Origin: Candidatus Nanoarchaeia archaeon | GTDB taxonomy: Archaea > Nanobdellota > Nanobdellia > Woesearchaeales > GW2011-AR9 | Assembly (NCBI GenBank): GCA_035289385.1 | Contig: DATDXI010000012.1 | Location: 9,871-73,870 of the forward strand | Length of the DNA stretch: 64,000 bases | Reading direction: 5' to 3' | Shown here: positions 54,445 to 63,608 of the stretch, one piece after another | Position numbering within the stretch: position 1 is the stretch's first letter | Layout: every line of letters starts with the position of its first letter | Made by a program: the position numbers and the translations under genes | The notes under the pieces: generated by a model | Database searches by the model: none | The model's input: only the letters and a program-made list of their open reading frames with translations | What the model was told of the DNA's origin: nothing

Positions 54445-54803
54445 CAACACTTATCCTTTTTACATTTATCCCAACAGGTATTAGAAGAACCACCGTTCTC
54501 AGAACACTCCACAGTACACGTATTACATCCAATCTTGCATACGCTTGGATCTCTCTCCCCTACTTTAATCTGTCCCCTGTATCTAAACGCTTCACCCACA
54601 ATATTTCCATCGTCATCTACTATTTCACCTTCAAAAGAATAGTCATCGGATGTACTACTATCTTTAACACTCTGAACTGCTGAATTATTGCTTCCAAAAT
54701 TCATAACAAGAAATACAACAGCAACGACCGCCACAATCGCTACGATCGCCAAATATGGCCAATGACCAACTTCCTTATGAGACTTATGCTCTGCTTTCAT
54801 CAT
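54441..54803 (-). CDS. Small membrane-anchored Cys-rich protein
   Basis: One N-terminal TM helix (LAIVAIVAVVAVVFLVM) and a C-terminal CKIGCNTCTVECSENGGSSNTCWDKCKKDKCC. Confidence 0.45.
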   Translation of the reverse strand: MMKAEHKSHKEVGHWPYLAIVAIVAVVAVVFLVMNFGSNNSAVQSVKDSSTSDDYSFEGEIVDDDGNIVGEAFRYRGQIKVGERDPSVCKIGCNTCTVECSENGGSSNTCWDKCKKDKCC

Positions 54804-54925
54804 CAACACCTCTTTGAATTAATTTTAATGAAATAGATCCTAATAATATAAAAAGAAGCGTGACCCCTCTACAGTGAGAGAAAAAAAATTTTCGAACATC
54901 AGCAATTTTCAAACTACAGAGAACT

Positions 54926-57709
54926 CTATCTCACCACAAAGAAATAATCTGGCAGTAATTCATTCCCGCCTAAATATGCCGCTTTCGTCTCTTCATCGAC
55001 AGTAAACCCTTCTGGATAATTGATCTCCCAGATCTTGATCGGACCCATCAGTCGCCCTTGCACTAAGGCTAAAAATGGCAGATACCCCTCGCTGTTATAT
55101 ACTAACTTAAAGGCGCTCGTATCAAATGCAGGATTTTTCTGCTCAAAGACATAGAGATTGACCCATAATGCTTTCATCCCTTCTCCAGAAACGAGCAAGC
55201 CTCCGCCTATGGGATTCTGTACCTGGCCATTGCCATCAAGAGCGGGCAGGAACCTGAAACAACCAGGATACCCTTCTCCCAGAAAAAGAATCATCTGCCC
55301 TTCGAAATATAAGCATTTCAAAGGAACATCGACACGCTGATTGTCCATGACTAAAGCGATGGCTGGCTGATTGAATTCCATCTGGGGAATTGTCTCATTA
55401 CCTTTTACGACTCCAACTTGCTGCACGGGTACTAATACTGCGCCTATTCCTGCTGCATTCCGAGGATATACTTTTCCTTTCCAGACAAAATCATCATCAA
55501 GAGCATAGCCGCCTTGATAGAATAAAATAGAACCATTCCTTGTTTCTTTAGATTCTTTCGTATTCAAGCCGAAGGTCGTGATCCAGCTGTACCTATCATA
55601 ATCTGCATCAGATCCTATCGAAGAATACGCCGTATACTTCCCTATCTCTTCTGCTACAATCAGATAATGAGTTGCCTTATGAGGCTGCAAAAATTCTAAA
55701 GCCTCTTCCTGTGTCTGACCCGCCAAGACATGCCGTCCCATCAGATAGTTCCAATATTTTACTTTGTTTGCCCCATCTAAGACGCTAGCCCTATCCCAGC
55801 CATTCTGCACCCAATAGCCATAATCCCACCAGTGGCCAAAGACAGCATCTTTTGCAATATTCTCTCTCACCCATGCTCCGGCAAGCTGCCACTGCGCATT
55901 ATAAGGAGCTCCACTATATTTCGCCTGCTGCAAACTTTGAGCATACGACGAAGTAACGATGCCAGAAAAGGGAGCGGCAAAAGGGCTGAAGACGATCAGT
56001 AATAAAACGATGGCCCCGATACCTACGTACCACTTATTCTTTAGCTTTGACAAGGAAAGAGCTAATTGAGCTAAGGCATAACCAGCAAGCGCCGCAATGA
56101 CAGGAGCAAAAACGACCGTCAGACGGATAGCGCCTCGCATGGCAATCAGCATGAAGAAAACCCAGATCAGAGCAAATAACAGCTTGCTATCCCAATGAGA
56201 CAAGCGATCAAATTCTTCTTTTTTATGAGAATAAAGCTTGAAATAAAAGTACAGCCCAGCTACGGCAACAACGGCAAGACTGCCAAAGTACACGACGACA
56301 GAACTTCTGCTTGCTCCATTCAGCCAACTGTCTGGGCGATATCTGCTAAAAGCGATCCCGCCTAACATCAGTAAAAATCCCATGATCAGCCAGAATTTTC
56401 CATGGGCATGTTTCCACAGCTGATACGTGCAGAGCAATATGCCTATGATAAACAAAGCGAATAATAAAGGTATGCCCAACAAAAAAGGGCCGAACTGGCT
56501 GACCCAGTCATTAAAATACGGCTGATGCTGCTCTGCTACGGTCAATTCCCAACGGTCTTTCCCCATCGGATGAAGCAGCAAATTCTTGGCTTCGTTAATT
56601 TGCTTTCCCAATTCAGCAGGGCCCAGAAGGATGGAAACAAGAACGATCCCCAGCACTAAAGCGATACCAAAACTTCCTATCGCTCTGGGCACCTTCTTCA
56701 AGGAGATGGAATGAGGAAGACGTGCAGACAGAGACAGAAGATAAGGATAAAGATATCTGTCGATAGCCAGGACAAGAAGCATAAAGAGAGTCAGAGCTGT
56801 TGTGGGAGAAGTAAACAGGAATTTTAATGGGAACAATGGCACCCAGGATATCATCACCACAACGGATGAGAGAATCCATAACGCATACAGATAGAGATGC
56901 CGTTCCTCAACTTTATGCAGCAAGAATTGGAGAAGGACAAACACTCCAGCGATGACGTATAAGAATCTCCAGGAGCCCCAGCTTAATCCCGTCAAGCCTG
57001 TGGCTATCCCTGCCAGAGCGCCCCAGATCATAGCTTGAGATGTTGACTTTTTCTCCCAGGCAGCGATAAAAGTATAGAGCGCTAAGAACATGAACATCAT
57101 TCCCAGAACATCGTGGTCAGAGCTTCCTCCCATCGTCCTCTGTAAGAACGCCGGCATGACGGCCAATAGTCCTGTGCCTATAAGAGCAGTCTTGACATCA
57201 AACACTTTCTGAAGCAAGAGAAAGAAAAAGACCATCCCTAAAGCGAAAGCCACGACAGGGTAGATGATATCCGCATAATAGATCGTTACAGTAGGGTCAA
57301 AGAAATGCATAATTTTATAGAGGTAATAGATGCAATAGGCAGGAAAAGCATAATTTGCCGTCGGCGCACCCAAAGGGACGAACCTGTCTTCATCTACCTC
57401 TGCCAAACTACCCGTACTAAGAATTTCTCGCGCATATTTCAGATAGATGTGGGAATCTAGGTCTGTAGAAACATAATCGCCAGTCACGACATCTTTCAGA
57501 ATACCGAAGTTCTGCACGCGGATGTTGCTGCCGATAAGGATAATGATAAGAAGAGCCACCCAGGGCAGCCAACGCTTATTGGTTTTGAAGAAATGAACCA
57601 GCTGGTCCTTTCTTTGAGCTGCTTCAGAATCTTCTCCCGCTTCAGATGTAAAGAATCCTTTCACGCTGCTCAACAGCTCGTCCCGCCTGCCTTTCAGATC
57701 ATCATCCAT
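54926..57709 (-). CDS. aglB: Archaeal oligosaccharyltransferase AglB (STT3 family)
   Basis: The protein is 927 aa with a ~13-TM N-terminal domain and the signature HWWDYGYW in the C-terminal soluble domain. Confidence 0.9.
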   Translation of the reverse strand: MDDDLKGRRDELLSSVKGFFTSEAGEDSEAAQRKDQLVHFFKTNKRWLPWVALLIIILIGSNIRVQNFGILKDVVTGDYVSTDLDSHIYLKYAREILSTGSLAEVDEDRFVPLGAPTANYAFPAYCIYYLYKIMHFFDPTVTIYYADIIYPVVAFALGMVFFFLLLQKVFDVKTALIGTGLLAVMPAFLQRTMGGSSDHDVLGMMFMFLALYTFIAAWEKKSTSQAMIWGALAGIATGLTGLSWGSWRFLYVIAGVFVLLQFLLHKVEERHLYLYALWILSSVVVMISWVPLFPLKFLFTSPTTALTLFMLLVLAIDRYLYPYLLSLSARLPHSISLKKVPRAIGSFGIALVLGIVLVSILLGPAELGKQINEAKNLLLHPMGKDRWELTVAEQHQPYFNDWVSQFGPFLLGIPLLFALFIIGILLCTYQLWKHAHGKFWLIMGFLLMLGGIAFSRYRPDSWLNGASRSSVVVYFGSLAVVAVAGLYFYFKLYSHKKEEFDRLSHWDSKLLFALIWVFFMLIAMRGAIRLTVVFAPVIAALAGYALAQLALSLSKLKNKWYVGIGAIVLLLIVFSPFAAPFSGIVTSSYAQSLQQAKYSGAPYNAQWQLAGAWVRENIAKDAVFGHWWDYGYWVQNGWDRASVLDGANKVKYWNYLMGRHVLAGQTQEEALEFLQPHKATHYLIVAEEIGKYTAYSSIGSDADYDRYSWITTFGLNTKESKETRNGSILFYQGGYALDDDFVWKGKVYPRNAAGIGAVLVPVQQVGVVKGNETIPQMEFNQPAIALVMDNQRVDVPLKCLYFEGQMILFLGEGYPGCFRFLPALDGNGQVQNPIGGGLLVSGEGMKALWVNLYVFEQKNPAFDTSAFKLVYNSEGYLPFLALVQGRLMGPIKIWEINYPEGFTVDEETKAAYLGGNELLPDYFFVVR

Positions 57710-58303
57710 TTACGTCATGACTCCTAACAGGCCATAGATGAAACGTTCCGCAAACTTTTGCCGTTCAGAAGCATCATCAGCCTGAAAAATTAAGCAATTA
57801 TTGTCATTAGTTATAACGTTTTCTGTGCTGGACAGGAAGATAACTCCAGCATTATCGCAGTTGATTAAAGGAATATCCGGACAGCCTTCTTCCTGAGTGC
57901 AGGCTTCCTGAGGGATAATCCCATTGGCGTAGAGAACAGCGCCGATGAACTGTGTCTGTTGAGAAAATGAAGCATTATAATCAGTGTCTAAAGGGTCATA
58001 ACCCAGATAGACCTTCTCCTTGCTCAGCCAAGGCAGGACATCTAGCGGCAAGGTGATATTTTCCAGCATCCATGGAGGATATTGGAAGGAATATGTTCTT
58101 CCGCCAATTTGAACTTGTGACTGTAATCCTGAAGCATATATCTTATAGCCGTTATAGTCTTGAGAAGGAGGCTGCTGCTGGTCTTGCGCATAGAAGCCGC
58201 TGCTGATGATCCCTCCTACGCTTAACACCATGATGATGATGATGATCCACCCCATCAGCTTCTTATAATCCCTTTTTCCACCCATGATTTCTCCCTTTGG
58301 CAT
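57710..58303 (-). CDS. N-terminally anchored extracytoplasmic protein of unknown function, directly abutting aglB
   Basis: The stop codon is immediately adjacent to the aglB ATG (57710/57709). It has one TM helix (WIIIIIMVLSVGGIISSGF) and two N-x-S/T sequons (NIT, NAS). Confidence 0.5.
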   Translation of the reverse strand: MPKGEIMGGKRDYKKLMGWIIIIIMVLSVGGIISSGFYAQDQQQPPSQDYNGYKIYASGLQSQVQIGGRTYSFQYPPWMLENITLPLDVLPWLSKEKVYLGYDPLDTDYNASFSQQTQFIGAVLYANGIIPQEACTQEEGCPDIPLINCDNAGVIFLSSTENVITNDNNCLIFQADDASERQKFAERFIYGLLGVMT

Positions 58304-58365
58304 GAAGAGAACTGCTGCTATTTTTAAAGTTTGTTAAAAAGTTAGGGAATGCAGGAAAAGAAGAT

Positions 58366-58788
58366 CTATTTTTGGCTTTTGAGAAAGGAGATTATTTCTT
58401 TCTTGAATTCCTTAAAATCCCCTTGTTTTTCTTGAGCATGGTGATAGACTAATGCATCATCAATGTTTGTATAATGATGAATCAGCACATTTCGAAACTT
58501 TTTCATATCCTTTAAAGTGATCATCATTTCTTCAGAGATTACTTGTTTTTCGTACATTTTGTCAAATAAGCTTTCTTCTTCATCAGGAAGACCTAATTTT
58601 AATTCTTTTACGATGAATTGGCAGGTATCAATGCACACTTCAATAAGAAGCTGCAGGGTCCTTTCACATGACCGCTTTTTTTCTTTGTTTTTCTTATATT
58701 CCTTCAGGGAGCTAGGTAAGTAATCTTCTAACTCCTGAAGATATCCCTCAAGCCTGTCTATGAAAGGAAGAATCCTTTTTTTATCCAT
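58366..58788 (-). CDS. hepT: HepT-type HEPN toxin (DUF86)
   Basis: R-x4-H-x-Y motif FRNVLIHHY. 8-nt overlap with the upstream MNT gene. Confidence 0.75.
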   Translation of the reverse strand: MDKKRILPFIDRLEGYLQELEDYLPSSLKEYKKNKEKKRSCERTLQLLIEVCIDTCQFIVKELKLGLPDEEESLFDKMYEKQVISEEMMITLKDMKKFRNVLIHHYTNIDDALVYHHAQEKQGDFKEFKKEIISFLKSQK

Positions 58789-59161
58789 GGGCGACCTCTT
58801 TCAGATAATCTTCATAAATTGGCTCAAAAAGGGCATATTGCTGGATGGTGGAATAGTAGAGGTCATAGAGGTCATCCTCATTTCTTTGGTAAAGTATCTT
58901 CGCCTCTTTTAATATCCGCTTTCTGATATATAATGGAAGTTGCTGGAAAATCTGAACATCATATTTTTCTTGATGGGGAGTATATTCAAGCTTCTTCTTG
59001 GAGATGATCAATTCATCATATTTTTTCGGAACAAGAAAAATGCAGATATCGATGTCGTTGTACAACTTCTTTTTAAGATAACTCCCAAACAGAGCAACAG
59101 CTAGAATGTCTGGATCATTCTTTGCTTTTTTAATAATCTGTTGTAGTACCTTATCCATCAC
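58781..59161 (-). CDS. mntA: MntA-type minimal nucleotidyltransferase antitoxin
   Basis: G-S-x(n)-D-x-D: LFGSYLKKKLYNDIDICIF. Confidence 0.75.
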   Translation of the reverse strand: MMDKVLQQIIKKAKNDPDILAVALFGSYLKKKLYNDIDICIFLVPKKYDELIISKKKLEYTPHQEKYDVQIFQQLPLYIRKRILKEAKILYQRNEDDLYDLYYSTIQQYALFEPIYEDYLKEVAHG

Positions 59162-59262
59162 TTTACAAAGAAGGAAAGATAATATAAATCATTCGGTTTG
59201 AGACAAGTACTTCATTCTGTTGAAAGAAGTTTAAAGAAAGAAAAAAAGAAAAAGAAAAAAAA

Positions 59263-61221
59263 TTAACTGCATACACCATTGTTGCAGGTTTTGCCAGAAT
59301 CACAGGGAACATCTGCCTCAACATAGGTCTTCAAATCACCACTACAAGAGACTTGATAAACATAGGCAGTGCTATAACTTGCACAATGGTCGTTAACAAC
59401 CTTATTCTCACCATTAACTTGAAGAGTTACACTGTTGAGAACCGCCTTGTCATTCACTAACCCATCATCGGTACAGGAAGTAGGTGTTACACAAGTCCCC
59501 TCAAGACAATTCTGGGCAGTGGTACAACTAAAACCTGCAGTACCAAATTGCGAAGTGCTGGCACAATAATATTCCTTACCACTTCTCGGAGCATAACAGT
59601 TATCACTCAAGATGTTGCTTCGGCCATCACTTAGTGTCATGGTCAGCGAACCGGCAGTTCCAGGAACATTCCCGCCATCTGTTTCCCCCGTACAACTTGT
59701 TGTTAAGTCACAGCCATCTCCGGTAACTATCTCCAGTAGCTCATCGGGAACTCCCCCAGTGGTGCGACAACTTTGAGCAAAGTATTCATACCCATAAGGT
59801 GACCGGCATTTACTAAATCCACATTGAGCACAAACTGGTGCAGGAGTAAGACCACTATAAGAAACAACAGTAGCACATGTCGATACCCCCTGAGTATTTA
59901 CTAGAGGAACTTCAGTACAATCAGTCTTTACGCTTCTTTTTTCACTAACGCCCCCACATTGAGCAGTAGTAGTGGTATTTACTACAAACCGCCCATCACA
60001 AGAATTAGTGAATACCGTTCCTGACGGTATCTGACAACATTCACTTGCTGCTGCGTAATCATTGCATACGTTTGAAGCAAGTTTGGTATCACCTTCGCAA
60101 ATGTCGCTCATTGCGAAAGGCCATGTTTGAGTGTATTTAGCACAAAACTCTGTTTCTACAGGACAAGCTCCCACATCAGCAGCACACGTTTCACACGTCT
60201 CACCAGCATCTACAACGCCATTGCCACAAAGGGTGCAAAGTGGTTGGATTTTATAATGGTCAAAACCACCTCTTTGGGTACTATTTGTAAACATGTAGAT
60301 AACCCCATTTACTACCAACCGAAACCAACTTTGATATCCTCTTGAAGCAACATCCCCTGGTAAAACAATCTGACGTCCCTCTTCAATAGTTTCCCCAGTG
60401 TCAACATTTAACCATTCTATTAAACCTGGATCCCATAAGGATTCTACGAATTCGTAAGTAATTCCATTAACTACAAACCTTGTCCCTTCTGACATCCCAT
60501 TTTCGTGTAGGGGGCTATCTTCCTCAAAACAAACGAATTCTGTTAAAGCTACAGGACAAGCACCCGCATCAGCAGGGCATGTTTCACACGTCTCACCAGC
60601 ATCTACAACGCCATTGCCGCAAAGGTTTACACAACTTCCAGCAGCATTACAAGCTTGACCACTTGGACAGCCTAAAGCAGCAACAGGAAAATTTCCTGGA
60701 CAGCTGACTCCAGCCGTACAAGCCGTTGCATCTACTGCTGTACAACTCTCCACTTCTACATCTCCTGTACAAACAATATCTTGACCAGAACAAGTAGAAG
60801 CACATTTTTTCCAGCACCAAAAGAAGTCATCCCCAATACACCCATAATCCCTAGATCTCACTTCAGAGCCTGAACTGGTTTGATAGGTATAACATTGATC
60901 AGTATATGTCCCTGTTTGGAGCTTTCCATTCCACAAATAATCTCGTTTAATCTTTCCGGTTGCACTATCCAATCGGCAATTTTGATCAGGATAAACTTGG
61001 CACCCATAGCCATTATCCTTATAGAATCCCCCAGAATGAAACATATATTGAAGATCCCCATAATCCCCGCTATAAACTGCCTGTCCCGCCAAACCGGTAT
61101 TCGATTGCGATTCAAGAATCTGCTCATCTTCACTTAAGCCTTCTGTAGGATTCTCCTGACTGCATCCCACAATAACCATCAAACTTACCAAGAACAAACT
61201 GAATATCATTATCTTTTTCAT
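59263..61221 (-). CDS. Large secreted Cys-rich lipoprotein with duplicated CGNGVVDAGETCETC modules
   Basis: Signal peptide with a lipobox-like VIVGC. There are more than 60 Cys residues. Two copies of LCGNGVVDAGETCETC(P/A)AD(A/V)GACPV each neighbour an R(F/L)VVNG(I/V)(T/I)Y(E/M)F beta-rich module. Confidence 0.6.
   Translation of the reverse strand: MKKIMIFSLFLVSLMVIVGCSQENPTEGLSEDEQILESQSNTGLAGQAVYSGDYGDLQYMFHSGGFYKDNGYGCQVYPDQNCRLDSATGKIKRDYLWNGKLQTGTYTDQCYTYQTSSGSEVRSRDYGCIGDDFFWCWKKCASTCSGQDIVCTGDVEVESCTAVDATACTAGVSCPGNFPVAALGCPSGQACNAAGSCVNLCGNGVVDAGETCETCPADAGACPVALTEFVCFEEDSPLHENGMSEGTRFVVNGITYEFVESLWDPGLIEWLNVDTGETIEEGRQIVLPGDVASRGYQSWFRLVVNGVIYMFTNSTQRGGFDHYKIQPLCTLCGNGVVDAGETCETCAADVGACPVETEFCAKYTQTWPFAMSDICEGDTKLASNVCNDYAAASECCQIPSGTVFTNSCDGRFVVNTTTTAQCGGVSEKRSVKTDCTEVPLVNTQGVSTCATVVSYSGLTPAPVCAQCGFSKCRSPYGYEYFAQSCRTTGGVPDELLEIVTGDGCDLTTSCTGETDGGNVPGTAGSLTMTLSDGRSNILSDNCYAPRSGKEYYCASTSQFGTAGFSCTTAQNCLEGTCVTPTSCTDDGLVNDKAVLNSVTLQVNGENKVVNDHCASYSTAYVYQVSCSGDLKTYVEADVPCDSGKTCNNGVCS
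60158..60624. repeat. Intragenic 74-bp direct repeat pair (60158-60231 and 60551-60624), about 90 percent identical
   Basis: Read directly. The two copies share a 39-nt identical core GTTTCACACGTCTCACCAGCATCTACAACGCCATTGCC. Confidence 0.85.
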
Positions 61222-61323
61222 TCAAACACCTCTACTTATCGGAGAAAGAAGATATTTCTTTTTATAAAGATGCGTTACCCCTCCCTTGGGAGTACTTACC
61301 TCAAACTCTTACTCTATTAAGAC

Positions 61324-62256
61324 TCATCTCTCAAACACCATATGCCCATAATCAGAAAAATACTGTTTCGTCTCTAACCCCTGTTCGCGGATAAGGATAG
61401 CCGGATGCGACAACAGCCCATACTTCACATACACAGAACTCTTATACTTCTTGATCTCTGAAAGCAGCGGTAGAAATTCAGATGAAATATTCCGTCCAAG
61501 CTTCAAAGAAATCAACACATCCTGCTTCTTATCCCAAAAGGCAAGATCACTAAAATCCTTAATAACAAACAGCTGCTCCGGAGCTTGTTTGGGAAGAAAA
61601 GTAACATCATCCGCACTTTCTTTGAATTCCATCCCTAAAAAATGTAGATCCCTATCTATAATAAATTCAAGCATCCTTCCTTTCTTGAAAAGCTGTTCTA
61701 GTTTCGGCAACAATCCTTTAAACAGATCGATAAACTGCTGGACCTGAATGATCGTAAATGGCGCAACTTTCCTTGGAACAAACCCAGCAGCACTACCATA
61801 CAACGCTTCCCTTTCAACCATATAGCGATAATAATCGATCTTTTCCCCTATCTCCATGATGTCACAGCTGTCCCAGGCGCTGCTGGCCCATGTTCCCGGC
61901 ACAAGGTTAACGGTTATTTTTTCATCTCCAAAGTGCAGCGTCCCCATATATTTTGGATCAGTATGTTCCTGAATGATCGCTGCTCCCTGATAGAGATGAT
62001 CTCGGAAAAAACGATACCCTTCCTGCCAACTAGTGATATTATGCTTGCTCTTGATCCCTAACAGAGGACTTTTTGGAGAAAAACGGATGCCAAAAGCAAT
62101 ATCCTTAAACCCATTTTTCTCCATCAAAGAAAAGAATTCATCTTCTGAAATAAGCTTTGGAAGTACAAACATCTTTTTCTGAAATAAGCCTAACTCTTGA
62201 AGATACAATAAAGATGCTGCTTTAATGCCATACTGCTGCACCAATAACTGGTCCAT
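61324..62256 (-). CDS. Hypothetical protein (310 aa); the N-terminus is faintly PEP-utilising/ATP-grasp-like
   Basis: A clean ORF. YGIKAASLLYLQELG recalls the GGKxxNL string of PPDK_N domains, but this is weak. Confidence 0.4.
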   Translation of the reverse strand: MDQLLVQQYGIKAASLLYLQELGLFQKKMFVLPKLISEDEFFSLMEKNGFKDIAFGIRFSPKSPLLGIKSKHNITSWQEGYRFFRDHLYQGAAIIQEHTDPKYMGTLHFGDEKITVNLVPGTWASSAWDSCDIMEIGEKIDYYRYMVEREALYGSAAGFVPRKVAPFTIIQVQQFIDLFKGLLPKLEQLFKKGRMLEFIIDRDLHFLGMEFKESADDVTFLPKQAPEQLFVIKDFSDLAFWDKKQDVLISLKLGRNISSEFLPLLSEIKKYKSSVYVKYGLLSHPAILIREQGLETKQYFSDYGHMVFER

Positions 62257-62382
62257 GAAAGCTAGAGAAGAAGATGTTTCTTAATAATTTCGATGATAGC
62301 CTCTCCAAATCCCAAATAGATGTCCAGAAAACAGATATTACAGACATAAATATCATAGAATCTTCTAAACTAAAGTAAAACA

Positions 62383-63498
62383 TCACAAAATAAACTTATC
62401 CAGCAACTTCTCCGCATTCTTCCTTCGCTTCTGATGTTCCGCTAAAAAAGCTGTAAGCTTCTCGATCAAGATTGCTTTAAGCTCCCCACTCAGTAATTTT
62501 CCGGACTTATAATCATTATATATCTTCGCCAACTTCTTATCATCTTCTTCAAAGAAGACTAACCATTGATAAGCTACATCAATCTCTGGATTCCCCCCTT
62601 TCTGGCGATGCTCTTCCACCGTATCTCTGCCCCCGGAGAAAGCATACTTATTGACTTTCTTCTTGATCGTTGCAGCATCATCTTTGGCAAAGATAGAAGT
62701 ATTTTCTAGTGAAGAGGACATTTTCCCATTATCTTGGATCCCTGTTAATCCTGGAAGAAACCTGCATTGGATGGAAGCCGGCTTGTCATACCCTAGCTTT
62801 GGAATGATATCACGAGATACCCGAAAATGAGGGTCTTGATCGATAGCATGCGGTATTAAGCAGGGAACTTTTTTCTTATGAATGACACTACCTATAAAAG
62901 CAGGAACCGCTTGCATCGCCGTATAAAAGATGGAGCCGATATTATTATCATTGTCGAGGCCAAAAGCAGCTTTGACGGTAGAGAAGGTAATTTTCTTTGC
63001 CACTTTAATCGCTTCCGGATACATCAGATTAGCATGTTTTGTATCAATTAAGAAATGTGTTTTCTTGGGGTTAAAGCCGACGGCAATGACATCCAGCATA
63101 TTTTCATGCAATGCTTTCTGGGCTTCTTCCCACGTCAACTCTGGCTTAAAGAGAAACTTCTCTTCATCAGGGAACTGAAAATAAAGCTCCATATCAAACT
63201 TATCTTGCAGCCATTTGGTGAACATCCAGGGAACAAGATGACCAATGTGCACGTCTCCCGAAGGCGCCCTGCCGGTATAGAGATAGAACTTATTCCCTTT
63301 TTCATATTCATCAAGGATAAACGACAAGTCACGGTGCGCAAAGAAGATGCCTCTCCGTAAGAAATGATGCAGCTCTCCTGTATGCTTCTTGATCCTCCTC
63401 AGAAGAGCATCATCAATCTTCGATACCCCAAACTCCTTGATCAGCCGATCATAATCTACATTGCCTTTGACTTCCCAAGGGGTCACTTTATGCTCCAT
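62383..63498 (-). CDS. trpS: Tryptophanyl-tRNA synthetase, archaeal/eukaryotic type
   Basis: N-terminal VTPWEVKGNVDYDRLIKEFG, a HIGH motif (GDVHIGHL) and KMSSS. Leaderless, with a TATA box at 63521-63528. Confidence 0.85.
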   Translation of the reverse strand: MEHKVTPWEVKGNVDYDRLIKEFGVSKIDDALLRRIKKHTGELHHFLRRGIFFAHRDLSFILDEYEKGNKFYLYTGRAPSGDVHIGHLVPWMFTKWLQDKFDMELYFQFPDEEKFLFKPELTWEEAQKALHENMLDVIAVGFNPKKTHFLIDTKHANLMYPEAIKVAKKITFSTVKAAFGLDNDNNIGSIFYTAMQAVPAFIGSVIHKKKVPCLIPHAIDQDPHFRVSRDIIPKLGYDKPASIQCRFLPGLTGIQDNGKMSSSLENTSIFAKDDAATIKKKVNKYAFSGGRDTVEEHRQKGGNPEIDVAYQWLVFFEEDDKKLAKIYNDYKSGKLLSGELKAILIEKLTAFLAEHQKRRKNAEKLLDKFIL

Positions 63499-63520
63499 TC
63501 CTACTATAGGGAGAAGATGG

Positions 63521-63528
63521 TTTATATA
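63521..63528 (-). promoter_or_regulatory. TATA box for the leaderless trpS transcript
   Basis: TTTATATA, with the centre 26.5 nt upstream of the ATG at 63498. Confidence 0.45.
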
Positions 63529-63608
63529 TTTTGCTTTAAGGATTTATTTGCAAAAACAACAATCTTTAAAAACCTAAATCTCTTTATTAACAAAAAAGAG
63601 GTGATATC

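Noticed and set aside
54926-57709. Bacterial PglB rather than archaeal AglB
   Set aside because: The protein is 927 aa long, the neighbouring TrpRS is the archaeal/eukaryotic type, and TATA-box/leaderless promoter architecture runs throughout. All of this favours an archaeal host, although this cannot be proven without phylogenetic placement.
565-63360. The many 60-170-aa ORFs lying antisense to or nested within the long genes (for example 565-846, 1054-1578, 10883-11368, 12117-12593, 23847-24308, 43855-44244)
   Set aside because: Each is fully contained in a longer ORF with clear family motifs on the other strand or frame, and none shows its own motifs or promoter context.
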